Shown here piece after piece: positions 1 to 9,757 of a stretch of 31,599 bases of DNA. Position 1 is the first letter of the stretch; each line of letters opens with the position of its first letter. The stretch is from Mesotaenium endlicherianum. Lineage: Eukaryota. The stretch covers positions 214,535 through 246,133 of the forward strand of contig WELA01002099.1 of assembly GCA_009602735.1 (NCBI GenBank). Reading direction: 5' to 3'. Under the pieces are notes generated by a model. It was not told where the DNA came from and did no database searches. It worked only from the letters and a program-made list of their open reading frames with translations. Both the position numbers and the translations under genes were made by a program.

Positions 1-184
1 GGGTGGTCTCACTACCAAGAACTGCCAATGGGCATGATTCAATACTGGTAGTCGTGGATAAACTGACAAAAATGGTCATTTTTATCCCCACCACTGTCAA
101 AGTAACTGCACTCAAAACAGCGAAACAGTTCCACAACCATGTAGGATGCCAACATGGGCTCCCTTCTAATATCATCTCAGACAG

Positions 185-904
185 TGAAATGAATCGACTT
201 ACCAAATAGGCGATTAACAATTAATAAAGATCTTTATATCAGCAAGTAATCTTTATGGTATTTCCGTTAACTCGTTAAACGGCAAAGGACAATACACTAG
301 CAGGGAATACTACTCGTCAGTCAAAAGAGAGTAAACTAGCATCCATAATGCAAATCAGTAAACTCATACATAAGCAAGGTTAGAAGACAGTGCGTATCAA
401 TGGCTTCTCGCCTTGGATTCAGATCTCTCTCAGTAAGCTGTACAAGAGAGTTGGCCTCGTTTCCGAATGCCGAACTCGAGAGCAATGCCTAGCGTATGTA
501 CATGGAATGAGTTTACTGTTCAACGGTCAGTGCGATGGCACCGCCTACCCGGGAGTTAACCACGTTGGTAGGACCTCGGTTAACCAAATCCACCGCCATC
601 TCCCATCATCCCGAATAGCCATCCATCATAGGGATGTCATCTGGCCATTCATCTAGCATATCGCACTTAGATGCATATCAAGGCAGTTCGCTGCTACCGA
701 GTACGGAAGTCAGCTGGCTGTCAAAGAATGTGTCAGCAAGCTGACTTATATGGACTTTCAGCCTGCTGCTTTCCACTGCGTCAGCAAACTGATAATTATG
801 TAAAGTCCAGCAGACTGACTATTAAGTAAAGTTCAGCAAGCTGAACTTAATGAACTATTATATTTAAATGAATATTATATCTACTAATATACTGATTCAT
901 TACA
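185..904 (-). mobile_element. Solo LTR of family A (720 bp) with 5-bp target-site duplication GACAG
   Basis: Termini TGAAATGAAT...ATTCATTACA; homologous to the LTR at 11234-11955; GACAG at 180-184 and 905-909; the interrupted integrase frame resumes exactly after it. Confidence 0.95.
684..843. promoter_or_regulatory. Seven CAG-N4-CTG palindromic motifs at ~25-bp spacing in the U3-side end of the family A LTR
   Basis: CAGnnnnCTG starts at 684, 711, 734, 759, 782, 808 and 834; an equivalent array is in the 11234-11955 copy. A regulatory role is inferred. Confidence 0.6.
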
Positions 905-1753
905 GACAGAGACTCAAAATTTACCTCTAAGTTCTGGAGAGCTTTAATGGGGTTAATGGGAGTCAAACAGCTGCTCAGCACAGCTAACCACCTTCAGACT
1001 GATGGGCAGACTGAAAGAACTAACCGCGTTCTGCAGGAGGTGCTGAGAGCATATATTAACCAAAAACAAGATAATTGGAATGACCTGTTACCTCAAATTC
1101 AGTTCGCAGTCAACAGTGCGGTGCACGCGTCAACGGGCAAGACTCCTTTTGAACTCAGCCTAGGTAGAGCCCCTAAGTCTCCTTTAGATGTACTGGGGAA
1201 GTCTTTGACTCACCCGGAAGGGATTGACAATCCGGTCTCTCTCCAGTTAACTCAGGAGTTTGCTGACACCTGTCACAGGTCCAACATAACCTGCACACAG
1301 CCCAAGAAAATCAACAAAAATACGCTAACCAGCACCGTCGCGAGCTGACATTTTCTAAGGGCGATTTGGTCAAACTGCATTCTCAGCACCTGTACCTGAC
1401 TGGTGTGGTCAAGAAAAAGCTTGGTCCTGTCTGGGTCGGTCCATATTCGGTGGTGCACCGTGTCGGTCAGAATGCTTACAAACTGAACATGTCAGCAGAC
1501 TACAAGGGTCACCAAGTCTTTAATATCTCTTTCCTGGAACCGTACATCAAAGGTGACAAACTGTTCACCAGTCGGCTACCTGTCCAACCGGGACCAATCC
1601 CCGGTGTCAGAGAGGGTGACGCTGAGGAATATGACGTCGAGGAGATTTTAGACGCTCGCTCTGTTCGTCGATCGTCTAAATATGTCATGAAGTACCTCAT
1701 CCGATGGAATGGTTACGATGCCTCTCGAGACACTTGGGAATTTAAAGATCAGA

Positions 1754-2256
1754 TGTAGTGAAACAGATAGATAAAGTACTTAGTAAAACAGAATACTTTA
1801 TCTATCCAAGACAAGGATCTTTGAACACAAGTGGTAGCTTCTTGAAAGAGAGATGGCTTCTTGAAAGTTTATATATTTCTGGATTTTGGCAAGTACAAGA
1901 GTGATTCTGGAATGTCTTTCTATGTTCTAGCTCTTGTTTATATACTTGCTACATAAGTAATTTCTAGGAAGGTGTATGTTGATGTGTTGGCACCCAACAC
2001 ATCCCAAAACTTGCCACCTCTTTCTAGAATAATGTACACATGTCCTTTTGACCTAAAAATGGCACATTTGACTTTTGCCACATGGAGTTCTTCTAGGTCT
2101 TTCCTCTAACTTCGAAAATGCCTTGGAAGGTTCAAAGGACATGAACCAAGTTACTAGAGTACCTATTCACACTTGACTCCACACAATACTACTCCAAATA
2201 TATTTGAAAACATTAAAATATATGCAAACTAATATATAATAACTCAAATCACTACA
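1754..2256 (-). repeat. 3' LTR of element B
   Basis: Direct repeat of 7960-8462; inverted termini TGTAGTG/CACTACA; preceded on the - strand by a G-rich PPT. Confidence 0.96.
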
Positions 2257-2266
2257 TCACCCCCCC
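2257..2266 (-). other. Polypurine tract (PPT) of element B
   Basis: - strand GGGGGGGTGA immediately 5' of the 3' LTR. Confidence 0.85.
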
Positions 2267-2293
2267 GATAGAAAAAGCGACGTCTCGGCGCGT

Positions 2294-2420
2294 CAAGTCA
2301 GGTCTTACACATGTGGAGCAAACTAGTCAACAGTTTCAAGTCAGATGCCACACATGTGAAGAGGACTAGTCAAAGGCGCCAAGTCAGGTGCGACACATGT
2401 AAGGTAGACTAGGCAAGGTC
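2294..2420. repeat. Three imperfect 43-bp tandem repeats in the 3' non-coding region of element B
   Basis: CAAGTCAG starts at 2294, 2337 and 2380; each unit has ACACATGT and ACTAG(T/G)CAA. Confidence 0.85.
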
Positions 2421-2504
2421 GTAGGTGGTGTGACCTTATTTGCTAGCCTGCTCCTTAATGATAAAGTAAATTGTACAAGTTGGCCCAGAATCTGCCACGA
2501 ACTC

Positions 2505-2960
2505 AAAAATTCATAGCGGCCACAGACCTGCTCCAAATCTAAAAATTTGAGTGCCAGACGGACCGCGTCGGAGAACTCTACCGGGTCACCAAATTTGAGA
2601 GCATTCTCATTTCTGGAGTATTGTTGAGAGCTGAGAGAGTAGGCACTCCTCCAAATCTGTGCAGGAACTTCTGAAAATCTTAAGTCCTTCTATACTTCTC
2701 CAAATTCTGCAGACTAAGTCTCAAACTGGGCGCTGTAAGATGTTCTACCAGAGTCTTGAGTTTCAGAGCATTCCAAGTTCAGGGGAAGGCACAATGTCAG
2801 AAGGCATATTCTGTCCTAACAATGCCAGCAGCCTGACCCCCTTCTACTTAGAGCATCATATCTCTCTTACCAGTGCTCCAAATTGAGCAAACTTGGACTC
2901 TAAATGACCGGCTACTCATGGATTACAGCCAGGTAAATTTTCAGAATTTATCATGAAGAG
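2505..2960. repeat. Three highly degenerate ~170-bp modules with fixed internal spacing
   Basis: CTCCAAAT at 2531, 2698 and 2876; each is followed by (C/T)TAC at +47 and TTT(G/C)AGA at +63. Confidence 0.6.
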
Positions 2961-3025
2961 ATCTATCACCAGTAGCAGTTTTAGTTTTCTATCCAGAAAC
3001 TGGGAGACGAGAAGAGTGTCTAATG

Positions 3026-6000
3026 TCAATTTTTCCTCTTTCTTGTTCTTGCAGGTTGCCTCCAAGAGGTCTTCTGTTGCTTCTTGATGGTGGCAGGCTG
3101 CCTCCCTGAAGTCTTCGGGCTTCTAGTAGAGAGACTTGGGGCTGGTCCAAGATGGGGGTTGGCGGCATGGAAGCGCTTCAACTTTCTCTGAACTTTGTCA
3201 AGGTAGTGCGCCGCCACCCAACTATTCTCCGAATCTGGATATCCTTTCCACCTGATCAAGTATTGCTGCTGTCTCCTGNCTGATCAAGTATTGNCTGCTG
3301 TCTCCTGCAATTTCTCATAGCCACTATGTCTTCCACTTCGTACTCCAAATGATCATCCACTATTGTTGGGGCTGGTGGGGTTGTCACACGTCCTGGGAAC
3401 TTGTTGTCGGGTTGCACATATGGCTTGAAGAGGGAAGCGTGGAATACGGGGTCGATGTGCATAGTCTGGGGAAGTTCTAGCTTGAAAGCAACGGGGTTGA
3501 CTTGCTGGATAATCTTGAAGGGTCCCAAATACTTGGGAGAGAACTTGCTGCCGGCAGGCCTGTTGTTCAGGGAAATGTTCTTGGATGATAGTAACACGTT
3601 GTCACCCACTCTGTACGTAATTTCTCTTCTGGATCTGTTCGCCACTCTTGCTTGAGCATCTTGCGCGTGTTGTAGAGCTTTCTTCGCTGCTGTAAGGGCT
3701 GCTTCTAATGTCTCCATAAAATCTGTGGCTGCAGGTACTTCATCATGGCCAGCCGTGAAGCTCAGTGGCGTGGTCGGATGGAAGCCATAGTTGAGGAAGA
3801 ATGGGGACTCTTGGGTAGAGGCCTGCGTAGTGTTGTTGTAGGCAAACTCGAGGGGGGTCAAGTACATGTCCCAGTCTTGCTCGAGGGTAGACACGTAGGC
3901 CTTTAGAGAGGTCTTTAGGGTACGATTCATACGCTCGGTTTGCCCATCTGATTGTGGGTGGTAGGCAGTAGACATATCCAGCGATGTACCCAAGTTCTTG
4001 AAGAGATTTTTCCAGAAATGGCTTGTGAATCTTGGATCTCTATCTGACACAATTCTTGATGGTAGTCCATGGAGTCGGAAGATGTTGTCAAAGATGAGTC
4101 TTGCAAGTTGTGGTGCTGTAGCCTTAGTCGTCGTGGGAATAAAATGAGCCATCTTGGTAAGTCTGTCCACCGCCGTGAGTATTGCATTATGGCCTCGAGG
4201 TGTCACGGGCAAGTCCACGATAAGGTCCATTGAGATGTCCGTCCATTGTCTTTCGGGGATTGGTAGTGGTTGGAGGAGTCCTCCCGCCTTTTGCGATGAT
4301 GGCTTGATTCTTTGGCATGTGTCACAGCTCCTGCAGTACTCCTTGACTTGCTTAGACATGCCTGGCCAACAATAAGTCCTGGCTAGAACGCCCGTGGTCC
4401 TTAGGATTCCAAAGTGTCATCCAAGAGTGTTGTCGTGTGCTTATCGTAGAAGCAAGAGCCGGAGGTCTATGTCATTAGGAACACATCTCTGGCCCGTGTC
4501 TTGCCTCACCCAATAATTGCCTTCTTGCTTCTTGCATGGGTCCAAGGCTGCTTCTCCGTTCTTGTAGTAAGGGTCTCTGTCATAGGCGGCTGAAAATCGA
4601 GCTTCCAGATCTGTCTTCAGGGATACCATCACTGCATTTAATTGCAGTCTTGAGAGGGGGTCAGCCGGGTTTGTCTTGCCGAGCTGGTACTGAATAGTGA
4701 TGTTGTATTGTTGCAAGTATCCGCTCCATCTTGCTTGTCTCCTTGAGAGATACGGCTGCGTTTGGAGGTGCTTTAACGCCTCGTGGTCCGTGGTGACCAG
4801 TACTTTGCGTCCTTCAACGTAGCAGCGCCAAACCTTCAAGGCATGTACAATCGCCAATGCCTCTCGCTCCGTGGTTGTATAATTTTGCTCGGCTGGATTT
4901 AGCTTCCTTGACTCGTAGGCGATGGGCTGCAGTCCCTTGCCTTGGTCTTGAAGCAGGATTGCTCCTATTGCATAGGAAGATGCATCGGTGATGACGTGGA
5001 AGGGCCAATCTGGGTTTGGACTTGGAAGTGTGAGCACCGGGGAGGTGGTCAATCTTTGCTTTAACTCTTGAAATGCCTCTTCCTCTTTCTCGCTCCATGT
5101 ATATAGCCTGTCCTTCTTGAGTAGATCTGTCAGGGGGGCTGCTATGTGCGAGAAGCCTTGGATGAATTTTCTGTACCAATTGGCAAATCCCAAGAATGAC
5201 TGGAGTTCTTTCTTGGTCGTGGGGGTTGGCCATTCCTCCACCACCGTGGTCTTCTTGGGGTCTATCTTGATGCCATCAGCAGTCACGTGGAGACCTAGGA
5301 ACTCCACTTCTTGTTTGGCAAACTCGCATTTTGACTCCTTCGCAAACAGCTTGTTTTGCTTCAATACTTCAAGGACTTCTTTCAAGTGTCTCGCATGCTC
5401 TTCAAGGGTCTTGCTGTAGATAAGGATGTCATCGATGAATACCACCACAAATCTGTCCAACATGGGCTGAAATATGGTGTTCATCATAGTCATGAAAGTT
5501 GCTGGCGCGTTGGTGAGTCCAAATGGCAGGACCATGAACTCAAAATGTCCATATCTTGTCCTGAATGCCGTCTTCTCTATGTCCGGTTCTGCGATGCGAA
5601 TCTGGTGGTAGCCGCTCCGTAAGTCAATCTTCGTGAAGTACTTGGCTCCAACCAGCCGGTCCATGAGCTCATCCATGCGCGGCAGCGGGTATCGATTCTT
5701 GATGGTGATCTTGTTGAGGGCGCGATAGTCCACACACATCCTCAAGGTACCATCTTTCTTCTTGACAAATAGCACCGGGGCTCCAAATGGCGACTTGCTA
5801 GGTCGAATGAAGCCATGCTCCAGTAGCTCCTTGATTTGCTTCTTGACTTCGTCTAGCTCCGTGTATGACATTTTGAACGTAGGCCGAGAGATGGGCTTGC
5901 TTCCGGGCTCCAACTCTATCTTGTGGTCTACGAATCTTTTGGGGGGTAGGCCCTTGGGCAATTCCGGGGAGAACACTTCTTTGTAGTCCTCTAAGACTTC

Positions 6001-6663
6001 TTGTATCTCCTTGGGAACGGGGCTGCCTTCTTGACTCTCGATGTCTTTCTTGATGTCTTTTGGCGTGATCAAGGCCAAAAGAAGCTCGTGTCCCTTCCTC
6101 ACAAGTCTCTTGAGTTGGAGGGCGGACAATAGTATCTCGTGTGCCGGCTTCTGGATGTCTTGGGTCTGGATATTCTGGATTGCGCGCAAAATACAGATTC
6201 TTGAAGTGATGTCATTCTTGATCTTGATAGTACCGGTCCTCCAATCAACTTGGGGGTTGTGCTTGGTCAACCAAGGCGTCCCTAGGATGACGTCGTACTT
6301 GCCCAATTGCATGGGGGAGAACACTACTCTATCCTTGAAGGACTTGATAGAGAGTGCCAAGGGGTACGTCTTCTTGGAAGGGGTAGTATAGGAGAATCCA
6401 TCGGGCATCATAATCTCCTCGTCGTGGTCAAGAGTTCGCATAGTAATACCGTGCTTGGTGGCAAAATCTGCAGCAATGAAGTTGCCTTGAGCTCCGCTAT
6501 CCACCAAGATGTGGACCTTCTCTCCTCCAAGGTAACCTCTCAAACTCATTGGGGCTGGAACGTCGTCTTCAACGGGGGTCTCCACCTCACTTGGCGTGTT
6601 GCCTTCTCGTGAAGTGGGTCTTGGGGTGGTAGGCTCCTGGCCTACCGGCGCTGTCCGTTTTTT
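3026..6663 (-). pseudogene. pol: pol of element B (protease, RT, RNase H, integrase, chromodomain), disrupted
   Basis: LVDSGA (PR); [22 protein letters not shown] (RT); TDAS/EREALA/TDH (RNase H); H..H..CDTC zinc finger; ISMD/SDRD/GQTE (INT); GPF; YEVE..IRWKGY..NSW (chromodomain). In-frame stops at 4441-4443 and 4417-4419; N-containing duplication at ~3252-3308. Confidence 0.95.
6628..6663 (-). promoter_or_regulatory. Putative programmed -1 ribosomal frameshift signal (element B gag-pol)
   Basis: In-phase A AAA AAC heptamer (6663-6657) followed after 10 nt by the hairpin GGTAGGC-CAGGA-GCCTACC (6646-6628); pol is in the -1 frame relative to gag. Confidence 0.8.
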
Positions 6664-7922
6664 GACAACTTTTTGGGGCATGAAAGTGCACGATGGCCCT
6701 TTTCCTTGCAATAAAAGCATAGTCCAGCCGTCATGAGAGCTTCTTTTTCAGCCGGGGAGAGTCTTGCTTTCACTCCTTGCTGGTTTCTTGCATCATAAGT
6801 GTCATTGGAGGGTCTTCCACTCTTCCGGGCAGCCGCGGGGTCCCTTTTAATAACTCCGATTTCCATGGGTGTGGGTCCAGATTCGGATGTGGAAGGGGCT
6901 GCGTACACCCGCGTCGTCGGTACCCGTGAAGATGAAGGCACGGAGTGCTTGAAATCCAAGGTATCCACCTTTTGGGCCACTTCAATGATCTTTGAGAAGT
7001 CCGTCAAGTCGCGTAACTCCACTTCCTTTGCCACCTTGGGTTTGAGGCCAAAGATGTAGCGGTCAATCTTCTCCTCGAGAGACATGTTGGGGATCTCAAG
7101 AGTGAGGGCGTGAAATCTGGATGTATACTCTTGAACGGACGTCGTTTGCTTGAGATGGTGGAGCTTTCCTCGGGCAATCTTCTCCGCATTGATGGGCATG
7201 AATTGCTTCTTGAGGGCCTCACGAAAATCTGCCCATCTTGCATATGATGGTGGGGGCTCTTGGCCGAGCATGGGGTGCGCCATAGCTTGATATATAGCCG
7301 CTTGATAGTTACGCCACCATGATGTTGCTGCTCCTCTAAGTAAGGTAACGGCAAAGGGAACGTAGTCCTCCTCGGGTACTTCAAGGAATGCGAGGTACGT
7401 CTCCACTTGGTAGAGCCATAAATTCAGGTTGGCACCTTTCCCGGGGTTGAAAGTGTCGGGTTTGCCGGGCTTGATGAGTTTCCTTGCTCTCGTTGGCTCT
7501 TGTGGAGGCGCTTGAGCCGGGGCTGGATTTTGAGCATTGCTCGCAATAGGGGCAACCATGGCAGCCATAGCTTCTCTTGACGCTTGCACGGTTGCTTCAT
7601 AGGTGGCCAAGCCCACTTGGTTGTGGACGGTCATTAGGAAGGCTGCCCACTCATTTGCGGGAACTCCTTGTGGTGGGGTCAACTTTGCTATAGCGGCTGC
7701 CACGGGATTTGACGGTGCTCCTCCTTGTGGTGCTTCTTGTTGTTGGAGATTTCCTTGAGTAGGCTCTCCCATCGACGCTGGAGGAGGGTGTGCTCCTCCT
7801 TGTGGTGCTTCTTGTTGTTGCAGATTTTCTTGAGTGGGCTCTCCCATCGGCGCTGGAGGAGGGTGTCTTGGAGAGGAAGGGCTTCCTTCGAAAGCTTGCT
7901 GTTGGTCTTGAGGATCGGCCAT
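6642..7922 (-). CDS. gag: Gag of element B (426 aa)
   Basis: ATG shortly downstream of the PBS; retrotransposon gag core ([10 protein letters not shown]...[10 protein letters not shown]...YIFGLKP), PTPMEI, zinc knuckle [14 protein letters not shown]. Confidence 0.93.
   Translation of the reverse strand: MADPQDQQQAFEGSPSSPRHPPPAPMGEPTQENLQQQEAPQGGAHPPPASMGEPTQGNLQQQEAPQGGAPSNPVAAAIAKLTPPQGVPANEWAAFLMTVHNQVGLATYEATVQASREAMAAMVAPIASNAQNPAPAQAPPQEPTRARKLIKPGKPDTFNPGKGANLNLWLYQVETYLAFLEVPEEDYVPFAVTLLRGAATSWWRNYQAAIYQAMAHPMLGQEPPPSYARWADFREALKKQFMPINAEKIARGKLHHLKQTTSVQEYTSRFHALTLEIPNMSLEEKIDRYIFGLKPKVAKEVELRDLTDFSKIIEVAQKVDTLDFKHSVPSSSRVPTTRVYAAPSTSESGPTPMEIGVIKRDPAAARKSGRPSNDTYDARNQQGVKARLSPAEKEALMTAGLCFYCKEKGHRALSCPKKLSKNGQRR
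7716..7865 (-). repeat. 75-bp in-frame tandem duplication in the N-terminus of element B gag
   Basis: HPPPA(P/S)MGEPTQ(E/G)[12 protein letters not shown] occurs twice. Confidence 0.9.
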
Positions 7923-7946
7923 CTTCTTGTGCTACCAAAGTGCCTA

Positions 7947-7958
7947 GCTCCGATACCA
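7947..7958 (-). other. Primer-binding site (tRNA-iMet type) of element B
   Basis: TGGTATCGGAGC, one base after the 5' LTR end. Confidence 0.9.
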
Positions 7959-7959
7959 C

Positions 7960-8462
7960 TGTAGTGAAACAGATAGATAAAGTACTTAGTAAAACAGAAT
8001 ACTTTATCTATTCAAGACAAGGATCTTTGAACACAAGTGGTAGCTTCTTGAAAGAGAGATGGCTTCTTGAAAGTTAATATATTTCTGGATTTTGGCAAGT
8101 ACAAGAGTGATTCTGGAATGTCTTTCTATGTTCTAGCTCTTGTTTATATACTTGCTACATAAGTAATTTCTAGGAAGGTGTATGTTGATGTGTTGGCACC
8201 CAACACATCCCAAAACTTGCCACCTCTTTCTAGAATAATGTACACATGTCCTTTTGACCTAAAAATGGCACATCTGACTTTTGCCACATGGAGTTCTTCT
8301 AGGTCTTTCCTCTAACTTCGAAAATGCCTTGGAAGGTACAAAGGACATGAACCAAGTTACTAGAGTACCTATTCACACTTGACTCCACACAATACCACTC
8401 CAAATATATTTGAAAACATTAAAATATATGCATACTAATATATAATAACTCAAATCACTACA
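7960..8462 (-). repeat. 5' LTR of element B
   Basis: Direct repeat of 1754-2256, adjacent to the PBS. Confidence 0.96.
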
Positions 8463-9757
8463 CTTTCCTTAAAGAAATCACACTTGCTCATTTTAGCATA
8501 TAAGTGATTTTTTCTCAGAGTATCCATGATTGTGTTTAAGTGTTCAGCGTGCTGAGTCTCATCTTTAGAGAAAATTAAAATATCATCCAGGAAAACTTGC
8601 ACAAACTTATCCAAATAAGGCCTAAAAATGTCATTCATAGCACCCATGAAGGTTGCGGGAGCATTAGTCAGTCCGAATGACATCACGTTGAACTCATAGT
8701 GTCCATAACGTGTGCGGAAGGCAGTGTTGTGTTCATTCCCCTCAGCAATTCCGATTTGATGATAACCACTCTTGAGATCTATCTTACTGAACACCTTAGC
8801 ACCAGACAGGGTATCAAGCAAGTCCTCAATTCTGGGTAAAGCATACTTGTTCTTTACCGTAATTTTGTTCAGGGCTCTGTAATCCACACTCATTACCTTT
8901 TTCTCCACCACTTCTTCAGGTTGAGGAGGTACCTCTCTTAGCAGCAGACAGAACATTCTGTCTTCTTTCTGGTTCCAGCATTTCACAAACTCCATTGCAT
9001 TCAGCAACTTGCATCCTTCTGGAAGCCTCTTCTTTTCCTTCAGTTGCCATTTACACAAGATAAGAAGAAGAGCACTGGTGGGTGCCAAGTTAGTCCGCCC
9101 ATCACTGGCTCCTCTCACTTTGACTTTACCTCTGCTCCAACACACTTCAGCTTGATGTCTATTAAGCCAGGACCTGCCTAGCACAAGATCATAAAAGCCA
9201 GTGTTGAGTACCTCAAATGTAAGCGTTTCAGTTAGAACTGCAATGCCAGAACCTAAGTGGACCTCAATAGGCTTGGTTATAACTCCTCCCGAGATACTTG
9301 AGGCATCTCCAAGGAATATTCATCTATTCCCTTGGGTGACAGTAGGCAGCCTTAGCCGCTTAACTAAGTCCTTGTGGATAAAAGTATGTGACGCCCCTCC
9401 GTCGACAAATGCCCTCACCTTCCTACCTGCAATCATGCAATGCAGTAGGATAGGGGGGCCTGCCTTTTCCTGACTTTCGCATTGTTCTCCTGACTTAGCA
9501 AAGAAATGTTGGACATCAGGTGGAACAAGAGCATCCAGAGTGTGCACTCTCTGGACGTCTATATTGCTGATGGTCTCCTTTATCTGGTTGTCAGGCATGC
9601 ATAGTGAATCCAGTTCAGCAGGACCCATAACACCTGCTACGAGGGCAGCTAGTGACGACTCACTATCTCTAGCATCCTCACAGTCAGTAGACTGCATTAT
9701 TGACTGTTGCTGTCTTTTAAAGGCTGGNTGCATTATTGACTGTTGCTGTCTTTTAAA
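8463..9757 (-). pseudogene. pol: pol fragment of element A (protease, partial RT)
   Basis: AFVDGGASHTFI...[10 protein letters not shown] (PR) with an in-frame TGA at 9320-9322; [42 protein letters not shown]; the N-terminal RT block is deleted near 8893. Confidence 0.92.
9680..9721 (-). promoter_or_regulatory. Putative programmed -1 frameshift signal (element A gag-pol)
   Basis: In-phase T TTA AAA heptamer (9721-9715; duplicated at 9757-9751), 7-nt spacer, stem ACAGTCA...TGACTGT (9707-9680); the protease ORF is in the -1 frame. Confidence 0.75.

Larger units (their letters stand above)
1..1753 (+). pseudogene. Ty3/Gypsy chromovirus pol remnant (element C): integrase core, GPY/F motif, truncated chromodomain
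   Basis: Removing the solo LTR and one TSD copy restores ...VVVDKLTKM...HGLPSNIISDRDSKFTSKFW...QTDGQTERTNR (DD35E core). A frameshift near 1270 leads into QVQHNLHTAQENQQKYANQHRRELTF...WVGPY...EYDVEEILD...YLIRWNGY...DTWE, cut off by the element B LTR at 1754. Confidence 0.93.
1754..8462 (-). mobile_element. Near full-length Ty3/Gypsy chromovirus LTR retrotransposon (element B)
   Basis: Two 503-bp LTRs (TGTAGTG...CACTACA; I count 6 mismatches), tRNA-iMet-type PBS, PPT, gag with zinc knuckle, pol order PR-RT-RNaseH-INT-chromodomain. Confidence 0.97.

Noticed and set aside
390..656. 88-codon ORF kept in both family A LTRs (also 11440-11706)
   Set aside because: GTG start, antisense to the element, no recognisable domain. 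7 of 12 differences are at third positions, which is only weakly suggestive with two copies.
3252..3308. Frameshift or duplication within the element B chromodomain
   Set aside because: The short duplicated segment is bracketed by single Ns, typical of contig-join artefacts; collapsing it restores RRQQQYLIRWKGY.
4814..7964. Overlapping alternative-frame and antisense ORFs in element B
   Set aside because: Shadows of gag and pol with no independent motifs.
9380..9415. DGG instead of D(S/T)G in the element A protease as a novel catalytic variant
   Set aside because: DGG-type motifs are known in plant Ty3/Gypsy proteases, and this copy is a pseudogene anyway.
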